Of a stretch of DNA of 39,068 nucleotides, positions 30,885-39,068 are shown piece after piece. Origin of the DNA: Longimicrobiales bacterium (GTDB lineage: Bacteria; Gemmatimonadota; Gemmatimonadetes; Longimicrobiales; Gaopeijiaceae). The notes beneath the pieces were generated by a model. The model worked only from the letters and a program-made list of their open reading frames with translations, did not search any database and had not been told where the DNA came from. Within the stretch, counting starts at the first letter, position 1. Each line of letters opens with the position of its first letter. The DNA is taken from positions 1 to 39,068 of the forward strand of contig CBDANQ010000003.1 in the NCBI GenBank assembly GCA_965197725.1, read 5' to 3'. A program made the position numbers and the translations under genes.

Positions 30885-32764
30885 AGCGCCTCGCACTGGC
30901 GCTGCAGGTGGTGGTACGCGACCGACGCGCCGCGCTGCTGCTCGTGACCACCCTGGCGGCACTCGTGTACGCGAATACGATTCAGAACCGCTTTGCGTAC
31001 GACGACCACCACATCGTCGCGAACAACGAGGCGATCCAGAGTCTGGAGACGCTTCCGCGGGCGGTGGTATCACCCTATTGGCCCGGCATCTACGGACGCG
31101 ACAACGGCTTATGGCGGCCCACTACCCAGCTGCTGTTCGGCTTGCAGTGGATCGTGGTGGATGGCGCTCCTTGGCTTTTCCACCTCACCAATTTGCTCGG
31201 GCATGCCGCGGTCACGGCGCTGGTTCTTCTCCTCCTCGCCGAGCTGACGTCCCTGCCGGGAGCTCTGGTCGGCGCGCTCGTCTTCGCGGTCCATCCCGTG
31301 CACGTCGAGGCGGTGGCCAACGTCGTTGGCGCGGGAGAAGTCGTTTCCGCGATGTGCTTCCTGACGGCGTGTCTGGTTCACGTGCGCGGACCTACCGAGA
31401 CCTCGTGGCGAAGGGCCGTGGCCATCGGGCTGCTGTACGCCATTGGGTTTGGCGCCAAGGAGGGGGCGGTGACCCTACCTGGCATCCTCTTATTGCTCGA
31501 TGCTGCCCGTAGGGATCTTTCCGTCAAGGACGTACCACGGTACTTGGCTGAACGGTGGAGGGTCTATGTGGCGCTCGTGGCGGCAGCGACCGCCCTGTTG
31601 GTAGCGCGCTGGGAGATTTTGGGCACGATCGCTGATCCTCTGGGCCCACTCGGAGCGGATCTGCTGCTCGAGGTCCCGCGGATCTGGACGGTCTCCGAGG
31701 TCTGGGGGAACTACGTTCGCTTGTGGGTCTTCCCCATGGACCTTTCCTCTGACTACGCGCCGGACGTCATCCCGATATCGCTTGGCTGGGGTCCGAGCAA
31801 CTCGGTCGGCATCACCCTCGCGCTCGGCGTGCTGGCTCTGGCCCTGGCGGCGTGGCGAAGAGGCGTCATGGCCGTGGGTCGGCCGTCGGCCCGCGTCGCG
31901 GGCTTCGGTGTCGTCTGGTTCATGATCACGGTATCGCCGGTGTCGAACGCTTTCTTCCTCGCCGGCGTGCTGCTCGCCGAACGGACGCTCTATCTGCCCT
32001 CGGTGGGGCTAGCGGCGGCGACGGGTTGGATGCTCGTCCGCTTCTGGCAGGCACGGCCGCGCGGGGCACTGGTCGCGCTCACGGTGATTCTGGTGCTCGC
32101 CAGCGTCCGGACCTGGACCCGGAACCCGACATGGAAGGACAACAATTCCATGTTGAACGCGTTGGTCGCGGACTACCCCTACTCGGGTCGCTCCCAATGG
32201 ATTCTCGGAGACGCCTTCATGGACCGTGGTCTCACCTCGGACGCGCTGCGCTCCTATCGAGCCGCGGTCGATCTGCTGGACTCGCACTACCAGATCATGA
32301 CCGATGTCGGCCAGACCCTGATGAACAAGGAGATGTACCAGTCCGCTGAGGGTCTCCTTCGGCACGCGTGGCGAAGGGAGCCGAGGTTTGCGCTCGCACC
32401 TGGCCTTCTGGCTGAGATTTACTCGATCTGGGGAGAGCTCGAAGAGGCCGAACGTCTCAGCCGCGTGGCGCTCACGCTCGATGATCGAGATCCGCTCCGT
32501 CCCAACATCATCGCCTGGTCGCTGGCGTCGCGCGGTCGGTTCGAGGAGGCAGAACAAGTTCGACAAGCGCACATCGAACGTTACGGACTGCAGAACTTCT
32601 GGCAGCAGTGGGTAACGCTGGGATATTTGAACGCCCACGCTGGCGACTCGTCAGGCGTGCGGATGGCGTTTGACGCAGCGCTCGCCGTGGACCTCTCGGC
32701 GGTCGAGCGCGCGCTAGTCGATTCGCTGCGCGCACAGGTGCTCGGACAGGCGAGGGAAGGGTGA
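30881..32764 (+). CDS. TMTC-like GT-C glycosyltransferase (DUF1736-like + TPR) 3
   Basis: Motifs FAYDD, WRP, HPVHVEAVA, AKE, FPMDLSSDY, AERTLYLPS, RNPTW; TPR repeats. ATGA overlap with the previous gene. Confidence 0.88.
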   Translation: MKRLALALQVVVRDRRAALLLVTTLAALVYANTIQNRFAYDDHHIVANNEAIQSLETLPRAVVSPYWPGIYGRDNGLWRPTTQLLFGLQWIVVDGAPWLFHLTNLLGHAAVTALVLLLLAELTSLPGALVGALVFAVHPVHVEAVANVVGAGEVVSAMCFLTACLVHVRGPTETSWRRAVAIGLLYAIGFGAKEGAVTLPGILLLLDAARRDLSVKDVPRYLAERWRVYVALVAAATALLVARWEILGTIADPLGPLGADLLLEVPRIWTVSEVWGNYVRLWVFPMDLSSDYAPDVIPISLGWGPSNSVGITLALGVLALALAAWRRGVMAVGRPSARVAGFGVVWFMITVSPVSNAFFLAGVLLAERTLYLPSVGLAAATGWMLVRFWQARPRGALVALTVILVLASVRTWTRNPTWKDNNSMLNALVADYPYSGRSQWILGDAFMDRGLTSDALRSYRAAVDLLDSHYQIMTDVGQTLMNKEMYQSAEGLLRHAWRREPRFALAPGLLAEIYSIWGELEEAERLSRVALTLDDRDPLRPNIIAWSLASRGRFEEAEQVRQAHIERYGLQNFWQQWVTLGYLNAHAGDSSGVRMAFDAALAVDLSAVERALVDSLRAQVLGQAREG

Positions 32765-32924
32765 TCGGAAGCCACCCGTGCTGTTGCACGGGGCCCGCTC
32801 TTGCAAACGGCCTCGTGAGTCGCAGAATCCCACACCCACTCGGTGTTGCAGCGGCTCCACCGAGCCCTCGTCACCTACTCTAACCCGTTGTCAGATAACC
32901 TCTTAGATCGTTCGGGTCCATTTT

Positions 32925-32940
32925 GGGGCTCAGGCTTGCT
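32925..32940 (+). promoter_or_regulatory. Putative sigma54 (-24/-12) promoter of the pilin gene
   Basis: GG(32926-27)-N10-GC(32938-39) with TTGCT. Imperfect match to TGGCAC-N5-TTGCW. An alternative GG-N10-GC is at 32791-32804. Confidence 0.45.
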
Positions 32941-32993
32941 ATTTCCCCATCGTATCGCAGGGCCCGTTTCACTCATTTCTGGAGTCTCAGATC

Positions 32994-33386
32994 ATGCGAG
33001 ACAAAAAGGGTTTCACGCTTATTGAACTCCTGATCGTGGTCGTGATCATCGGAATCCTGGCGGCCATCGCCATTCCGAAGTTCTCCGCCACCCGGGAGAA
33101 GGCGTACTTCGCAGCGATGAAGTCGGATCTCAAGAACCTGGCCAGCCAGCAGGAGATCTACTATTCCGACGCGTATGCCTACACGACGGTAACCACGGAT
33201 CTCTCGTTCACGAGCTCCGCTGGTGTCACCGTGGCCTCGGCCGCTTCCAGTTCCGGCTGGTCCGCAAGCGTCGTCCACGCCGCGCTCGGCACGGCCGAAG
33301 GTTGCGTCATCTTCTACGGTACGGCCTCCAGTCCGGCCACACCCGTGACGTCAACCGCTCCAGGTGAGATCGCCTGCACCAGTTGA
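32994..33386 (+). CDS. pilA: Type IVa major pilin
   Basis: MRDKKG/FTLIELLIVVVIIGILAAIAIP prepilin motif (G-1, F1, E5, P22); C-terminal Cys pair; GGAG RBS. Confidence 0.93.
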   Translation: MRDKKGFTLIELLIVVVIIGILAAIAIPKFSATREKAYFAAMKSDLKNLASQQEIYYSDAYAYTTVTTDLSFTSSAGVTVASAASSSGWSASVVHAALGTAEGCVIFYGTASSPATPVTSTAPGEIACTS

Positions 33387-33442
33387 TTCGCTGATGCGGC
33401 GCCGGATCTCCTCCGCGACGCTGCGATAAGCACAGCTGCTGG

Positions 33443-33476
33443 TGGGCGGTCCGGGCCGTCAGGTCCGGGCCGCCCA
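33443..33476 (+). terminator. GC-rich hairpin downstream of the pilin gene
   Basis: 15-bp stem TGGGCGGTCCGGGCC / GGTCCGGGCCGCCCA (two G-U pairs) with a GTCA loop. No U tract. Confidence 0.55.
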
Positions 33477-33506
33477 GCGAGGCAGCCACTCTTCTAGCCC
33501 TCCGGC

Positions 33507-34775
33507 ATGTCTCGACAGATCCCACGCAGGCGAGAGCTGTTGTTTCGGTTCGGCTTTCTCTTCGTGCTTGCCCTCCTGTTCGTCTTGTTCGGGATCGCCA
33601 TCCTGTTGCCTGGAATCGAGTCGACGGCCCGACGCACTCTCATCATTGGTGTTGTCGTCGCGATTGACCTCGGGGCGCTCTTCGTCTTGGGAAGTGCCGT
33701 TCTAGGGAAGTTCATGGTGAAGCCGATGGAGCTATTGGCCGAAGGCGCGCGCCGAATCGCCGGAGGCGACTATCATCACCGCATCGGGACCTCGGACAGT
33801 CTCGAGCTTCGACAGGTGCAGTCGAGCGTGAACGACATGGCGGATCGGCTCATCGCCGACCAGGAGTTGTTGGCCGAAAATGTCCAGTCACTCGAGCAGA
33901 CCAACAGAGACCTCATCGAAGCACGGGACCAGATCATCCACACCGCGCGCCTCGCTTCCGTGGGCACTCTGGCGGCGGGTATCGCTCATGAGGTCGGCAA
34001 CCCGCTGGGGGCGATCATGGCCTTCGTCGACGTGGCCAAGGCACGAGCCGAGAAAGTGGGCGGCGACATCGACTTGCTGGACTCCGTTCGCGGAGAGGCC
34101 GACCGGATCGATCGCATCGTGCGAGGTCTGCTCGACTACGCCCGCCCACGGAACGATGAGGCCGCGCCGGCCGCGCCGGCAGAGGTGCTGGCCGGTGTCC
34201 GCGACCTGCTCGAGTCCCAAGGGAAGTTGGACCGCACCGAGATGACGTGGACGCTGTCGGGCGACGCGCCCGACGTGGTCATGGGGCGTCATCGGCTCGA
34301 GCAGGTCCTGGTGATCCTGCTCCTGAACGCCCTCGCCGCTCTCGAGTCGACTCCGAATCCACGGATCTCGGTGGAACTCTTCGGGGATTCGGGCGAGGTG
34401 ACCCACCTCCCGGTGAAGCGGGTGGATGACCCGAAGGGCATCAACTACATGCACCGTCGGCGTGTCTCGAGGGACGATGGAGGTCACGGCATCGACCTCG
34501 TCTTCAATTCCCAGCGTGTGGCGGTGATCCGCGTCGAGGACAACGGGCCCGGCATTGCCGAAGACGACCTCGAAAACATATTCGACCCGTTCTTCACTAC
34601 CAAAGAACCGGGCGAGGGGACGGGGCTGGGTCTTTCTATCTGTGCTCGCCTGGTCGACGGAATGGGTGGTCAAATCCTTGCCGAGAACCGCGACGACGGG
34701 GGCGCGGCGTTTACCATTCGGCTTCCGGGCGCCCCCGAGGAGTCCCACGAGGCTGGACTGGTGGAGACGCTGTGA
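33507..34775 (+). CDS. HAMP-domain sensor histidine kinase
   Basis: Two TMs, [33 protein letters not shown]. Confidence 0.92.
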   Translation: MSRQIPRRRELLFRFGFLFVLALLFVLFGIAILLPGIESTARRTLIIGVVVAIDLGALFVLGSAVLGKFMVKPMELLAEGARRIAGGDYHHRIGTSDSLELRQVQSSVNDMADRLIADQELLAENVQSLEQTNRDLIEARDQIIHTARLASVGTLAAGIAHEVGNPLGAIMAFVDVAKARAEKVGGDIDLLDSVRGEADRIDRIVRGLLDYARPRNDEAAPAAPAEVLAGVRDLLESQGKLDRTEMTWTLSGDAPDVVMGRHRLEQVLVILLLNALAALESTPNPRISVELFGDSGEVTHLPVKRVDDPKGINYMHRRRVSRDDGGHGIDLVFNSQRVAVIRVEDNGPGIAEDDLENIFDPFFTTKEPGEGTGLGLSICARLVDGMGGQILAENRDDGGAAFTIRLPGAPEESHEAGLVETL

Positions 34776-36130
34776 AGATCCTGATCATCGATGATGACGC
34801 CGGACTGAGAAAGTCCGTTTCGCTCATCCTAACGGATGCCGACTACGAGGTCGTACTAGCCGAGGATGGTGAGAACGGGCTGAAAACGGCGCACGAACAC
34901 AAGCCCGATCTCATCCTTTGCGACGTGCGCATGCCACGGATCGACGGACTCGAGTTCCTTGCGTCGTACCGGGAGGCGGGTGGTGAGGCGCTCGTCCTCA
35001 TGATGACCGCGTACGGCAGCCTTGAGCTGGCGGTCGAGGCGATGAAGAGGGGTGCATACGACTACTTGCCGAAACCGTTCGGGGCTGACGAAGTCCTACT
35101 CACCATACGCAAGGCTGAAGAACGGGAACAGTTACGCAAGGAGGTCGGCCGCCTTCGCCAGGGGGTGAGAGCGGATGCGCGCTTCGGAGAGTTCGTCGTC
35201 GGTTCTGCGGCGATGAGAAAGGCGCTACACATCGTCGAGAGAGTCGCGAAGCACGATTCTCCTGTGCTCCTGACGGGTGCGAGCGGTACCGGCAAGGAGG
35301 TCGTCGCACGCATGCTGCACCGTGAGAGTCCTCGGGCTACGGCGCAGTTCGTGCCGGTGAACTGTGGTGGTGTCCCCGAGCAACTGCTCGAGTCCGAGTT
35401 CTTCGGCTATGTGAAGGGCGCCTTCACGGGGGCCGATCGAGACAAGAAGGGGCTCTTCGAGGCGGCTAACCAGGGGACGCTGTTCCTCGACGAAGTCGGT
35501 GAACTCCCGGGGGCGCTTCAGGTGAAGTTGCTGCGGGCGCTTCAGGAAGGGGAGGTGCGACGGCTCGGTTCCACTGAGATTCAGCGTGTGGACGTACGCG
35601 TGATCTCGGCGACCAACCTTGACCTGGAAGCGGCTGTCGAGGAGGGGAACTTCCGGAAGGATCTTTACTACCGCTTGGCGGTCGTGCCGATTCACCTGCC
35701 GCAACTGCGGAGCCGGCGCGAGGAGATCCCGGAGCTCGTGAGCTATCTGCTCGCGCGACAGAGTGCGCGCTTGGAGGTGGAGGTTGAGGGCGTCGACCCG
35801 GATGCGATGGCAGTACTCCTCACGTACGGCTGGCCGGGGAATATCCGCGAACTCGAGAACGTCTTGGAGCGGGCGCTGGTCCTGACCGAGGGCCCGAGCA
35901 TCTCGCTCGACGACCTGCCGGGGGCGGTCCGTCGCCCGGCGCCTGACGGTCCTAGCATCGGCGTGGACTCCGACGACCTGTCTGTCAAGCGGCACGGCGC
36001 GAGGTTGGAGAAACACCTCATCCAGCTCGCGTTGGATCGCACGAGCGGTAACAAGACCCACGCCGCCGAGCTGCTCGAGCTGTCTCCGCGCGCGCTTCGC
36101 TACAAGATCCAAGAGTACGGGGTCGGGTAG
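34772..36130 (+). CDS. Sigma54-dependent response regulator (NtrC/AtoC family)
   Basis: REC domain, GASGTGKE, GAFTGA, FLDEVGE, WPGNIRELEN, HTH. GTGA overlap with the kinase. Confidence 0.93.
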   Translation: MKILIIDDDAGLRKSVSLILTDADYEVVLAEDGENGLKTAHEHKPDLILCDVRMPRIDGLEFLASYREAGGEALVLMMTAYGSLELAVEAMKRGAYDYLPKPFGADEVLLTIRKAEEREQLRKEVGRLRQGVRADARFGEFVVGSAAMRKALHIVERVAKHDSPVLLTGASGTGKEVVARMLHRESPRATAQFVPVNCGGVPEQLLESEFFGYVKGAFTGADRDKKGLFEAANQGTLFLDEVGELPGALQVKLLRALQEGEVRRLGSTEIQRVDVRVISATNLDLEAAVEEGNFRKDLYYRLAVVPIHLPQLRSRREEIPELVSYLLARQSARLEVEVEGVDPDAMAVLLTYGWPGNIRELENVLERALVLTEGPSISLDDLPGAVRRPAPDGPSIGVDSDDLSVKRHGARLEKHLIQLALDRTSGNKTHAAELLELSPRALRYKIQEYGVG

Positions 36131-36392
36131 TTCGAGGCGGGTGCCATCCCCGAAGGGCCGATCCAACCATGTAGCCGTCTCGGACGCCCGGCGAGCTTGC
36201 GTCCATGTCCCGTGGGCATCTCTTTGGCGCTCCCGCCAGGCGGTTCTTGCAATAGAAACGTGAACATTCTACGGACGGCGCGGGCAGGCTGCACCTACCC
36301 AACCGGCCAGATAGGCCACCTGCACCGCGTTTGTTGCGAGCACAATTGCGAGCAGAGCACAGAATTCGATTCCGATCTAGAGGAGCAAGTAA

Positions 36393-36500
36393 ATGAAGAA
36401 GCACGAACTCACGGAGACGTTCATGCACATACTCGGGAAGGGCGGCGGGTGCGAAGTGGTGGTGACTCTCCCATGGTCCTCCTGCACCAACTCAAGATAG
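36393..36500 (+). CDS. Possible 35-aa small protein or gene remnant
   Basis: AGAGGAG RBS, then ATG: MKKHELTETFMHILGKGGGCEVVVTLPWSSCTNSR. Too short for the ORF track. Confidence 0.3.
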   Translation: MKKHELTETFMHILGKGGGCEVVVTLPWSSCTNSR

Positions 36501-36564
36501 TGGCGAGAGAATGAATCCCATCCCAACATCCCCATGTCGCACACACCGACGCATCTTTGAGGGC

Positions 36565-36804
36565 ATGATCCACGTCCGCATCATCACGACCCATCCGCCC
36601 TTGTTCGGTCTGCCCGAGGAGACGATTGAACTCGCGGTTCGGATTTCCCCGGAGTTCGCTCGCACAGGTGGCGAAGCTCACGAGCGGATCGTAGACGCAC
36701 TCAAGGGTGATGAGACCTTCGAGATCCCCAGTGTGGACGAAGTGATCCCGTTCCGGTTCAGCCCCGAGGTGGTGCGGAGCGTGGCGGTGTGGGAGACGGG
36801 CTAG
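36565..36804 (+). CDS. Small hypothetical protein
   Basis: GAGG RBS and ATG at 36565 inside ORF 36511..36804; protein-like composition. Confidence 0.5.
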   Translation: MIHVRIITTHPPLFGLPEETIELAVRISPEFARTGGEAHERIVDALKGDETFEIPSVDEVIPFRFSPEVVRSVAVWETG

Positions 36805-36871
36805 TACCGACTGACCCCATCAAGCCGCCGACGATCACCACGCCTTCAACCAAGACGCGAAGCCTGGACGG

Positions 36872-37321
36872 CTACCTCAGGTTCGAGTAGTTGGTGGAGC
36901 TCATCCAGTACGCCTCGATCGAGAGCGACACGTCGTACTTCTGCCGTAGCGCGGTCCAGTCCGGGTCGGCCGCGAACCCGGCCCAGACCTCGTCAGGATG
37001 GGCACGGTCGCGATACGCCAGCATCCAGACCAGCGTGTTGGGGTCGTCGAGACGCTGCCACACCGCGATGACCTCGGCGCCGTGCTTCTCGAAGATCGCG
37101 ACCTCTTGCTCGCGGAAGCGCTGATGCAGTGCGTTGATGTCGCCGCGCTCATTGGTCGCCGTGTACATCCGGAGCTCGAAACAGCGCGCGTGGGCCCCCA
37201 CGTTGGCGGAAAGCTCTGCCGACAATTGGCCGGCCGGGCCGCACGCGTCCGGCGGACGCTGCGCCTGAGCGGTGGCGCTGAAACCGAGGCTGATGATCAG
37301 GGCAAAAATGGCTCTCTTCAT
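36872..37321 (-). CDS. NIPSNAP-family protein with signal peptide
   Basis: MKRAIFALIISLGFSATAQA signal; FELRMYT, LHQRF, FEKHG, LVWMLAY, WAGFAADPDW. Confidence 0.85.
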   Translation of the reverse strand: MKRAIFALIISLGFSATAQAQRPPDACGPAGQLSAELSANVGAHARCFELRMYTATNERGDINALHQRFREQEVAIFEKHGAEVIAVWQRLDDPNTLVWMLAYRDRAHPDEVWAGFAADPDWTALRQKYDVSLSIEAYWMSSTNYSNLR

Positions 37322-37470
37322 GCCTATCCCTCTCTTGAGTCGGCCATCGGTTCGCACGGGGGCGAAACCGTCGGCGCACGGTGGCGACCGCTGTGTCGTC
37401 GGTCAACAGGAAGCACGTCTACCAGGATAAAACCCGCCGGTGACCTGCCCCCAAGAGCGGGTACCACATC

Positions 37471-38366
37471 CTATGTTAGTCCCAGCACCTGTGGAGGGCC
37501 GTGAAGGACGGGCATCCTCAAGAACCAGGGCGACGGCTTAATCGCCTCAGGGGCCGGGGGAAAGCCGCCGCAGGCGCTGTGGGGTCGGACGGTATTGTGC
37601 TCGCGCCTCCATTGCTCGACCAGCACGGCCGCCTCCGCCAACGAGTAGAAGATCTCCCCGTTCAACAGCTCGTCCCTGAGCTTGCCGTTGAAGCTCTCGT
37701 TGTAGCCGTTCTCCCACGGGCTGCCCGGCTCGATAAAGAGCGTCTCGACGCCCACGCGCCCCAACCACCGCCGCACGAGCTTCGCGGTGAACTCCGCTCC
37801 GTTGTCCGACCTCAGATACTCGGGAGGCCCGTGTCGGACGAACAGATCGGCCAGCACCTCGAGCACGTCGTGCGAGCGGATCTTGCGAGCCACCACGATC
37901 GCCAGGCACTCCCTCGTGTGCTCGTCCAGCACTGTCAGCAGCTTCAGCGCACGCCCGTCGTGCGTCCTCGAGGCCACGAAGTCGTACGACCAGACGTGGC
38001 CCCGATACAGCGGCCTCAGCCGGATGCACGATCCGTCGTTGAGCCACAGCCGACCTCGCTTCGGCTGCCGCTGCGGGACCTTCAGCCCTCCTGCCTCCAG
38101 ATCCGCTCCACCCGCTTGTGCTTCACCCCCCAGCCCTCGATGCGGAGCATGTCCGTGACGCGTCGGTAGCCGTAGCGGCCGAATCGACTCGCGAGTCGCA
38201 CGATATCACCTCGGAGCACCCCCTCGTCACTCGCCACTTTCCTCGCCCGGCGCTGGGTCGTGCGTGGCTGCCCGAGCACCCGGCACGCTCTCCTCTCCGA
38301 CGCCCCGAGCTGCTGACGTACACGCACCACACAACGTCGTCGGCGCTCGGGGCTCAGAAGTTTCCC
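37471..38366 (-). pseudogene. IS3/IS407 transposase OrfB with an extra frameshift
   Basis: YGYRR..KRVERIWRQEG then a stop. A one-base deletion near 38086-38088 separates this from LKVP..WSYDF, SDNGAEF, ENGYNESFNGKLRDE. Confidence 0.88.
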
Positions 38367-38632
38367 TCGGCTGCTTCCTCCAGGATCAGCTTGTCCAGTG
38401 TCAAGTCCGCCACTGCTCGCTTCAGGCGCCCGTTCTCGCGCTCGAGCTCCTTCAGGCGCCGTGCCTGGCTCACCTTCATCCCGCCGTACTCCCGCCTCCA
38501 CCGGTAGTACGTCTGCTCGGTGATGCCGAGCTCCCGGCTGATCAGCTTCACGGATTTGCCGCGGGCCAGACCGACCTCTGCCTCCCGCAGTGCAGTGATG
38601 ATCTGCTCCGGAGTGTGTCGCTTCCTTCCCAT
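38354..38632 (-). CDS. IS3/IS407 transposase OrfA
   Basis: KRHTPEQII, GITEQTYYRWRREYGGM, RLKELERENGRLKRAVADL. Confidence 0.92.
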   Translation of the reverse strand: MGRKRHTPEQIITALREAEVGLARGKSVKLISRELGITEQTYYRWRREYGGMKVSQARRLKELERENGRLKRAVADLTLDKLILEEAAEGNF

Positions 38633-38710
38633 CCTGACCTCCTCGCTGAAAAGCTTCAGACCAGCTCGATCCTAACATTGCACCTGGTCTCGTTTCAGGG
38701 GGTCAGGTCA

Positions 38711-38982
38711 GTCGGGCATGGACCCCAAGATGCGGCGGGGGTCAGCAGAGCGCGAGATCCTACAGCAACACCGGCGGCAGCCCCAGCGCGAAGAGCGCGC
38801 TCAGTTCTTGTTGTAGCCAAAGGGGGTCTGCGTGAGCAGCGCCTTTTTCCAGAATCCCTCAAGTCCGCACAGGAAACTGATGGAGTAACCTGCTCCGAAC
38901 CTTCGGATAGAGTCTCCGATTGCTCTGCGTTAGCACACCCGACCGCTATCAGAGCGCGCGCGAACAGCAGGGCTTTCTGCAT
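38711..38982 (-). pseudogene. Possible degraded lipoprotein gene between two IS ends
   Basis: MQKALLFARALIAVGC lipobox-like start. The frame runs into the IS407 end and no domain was recognised. Confidence 0.3.
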
Positions 38983-39020
38983 GCCTTCATTCTGCTCTGC
39001 CCCACTCAGACCCGCAAATC

Positions 39021-39068
39021 GATGGTGTCCCGCTGACAGTTGAAGGTGGTGGCTCCGGAGTCTCTCCT
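39021..39068 (-). mobile_element. Right end of a second, related IS256 copy (runs off the window)
   Basis: First 33 nt are identical to the reverse complement of 11397-11429, then the sequences diverge. Confidence 0.88.

Larger units (their letters stand above)
37441..38710 (-). mobile_element. IS3-family element (IS407 group)
   Basis: Ends TGACCTGCCCCC...GTACCA and TGACCTGACCCCC...AGACCA. orfA and orfB with a GGGAAAC frameshift window. No matching target duplication. Confidence 0.9.

Overview
GC-rich bacterial window. The gene content resembles Gemmatimonadota, but that taxonomy is an inference. There are three zones. (1) About 1-13.4 kb is a decaying accessory region. It holds an ICE-like wHTH gene, an integrase remnant split by an intact IS1182-like element, a frameshifted PEMT-PAP2-Lgt triple fusion with a coupled partner gene, a frameshifted Ig/LRR surface lipoprotein, a Ser/Thr kinase scrap and a creatininase. 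It ends with a pilT-pilC pair broken by deletions plus IS256 and IS3 insertions. (2) About 13.7-36.1 kb is intact: ahcY, a SahR-like regulator, an AGCS symporter, dinB, sodA, a LysM peptidase and a type IV pilin locus. In that locus PilS/PilR, three TMTC-like (DUF1736+TPR) GT-C glycosyltransferases, a DPM1-like GT2 and a divergent fourth GT-C lie directly upstream of a Ser/Thr-rich pilin, with a second sigma54 two-component pair downstream. This is the best candidate for an undescribed system: bacterial TMTC-type pilin O-glycosylation. (3) About 36.4-39.07 kb holds small genes, a NIPSNAP protein, an IS407-group IS3 element and the end of a second IS256 copy. No rRNA, tRNA or CRISPR array was seen. 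All calls come from reading motifs by eye; no database searches were run.
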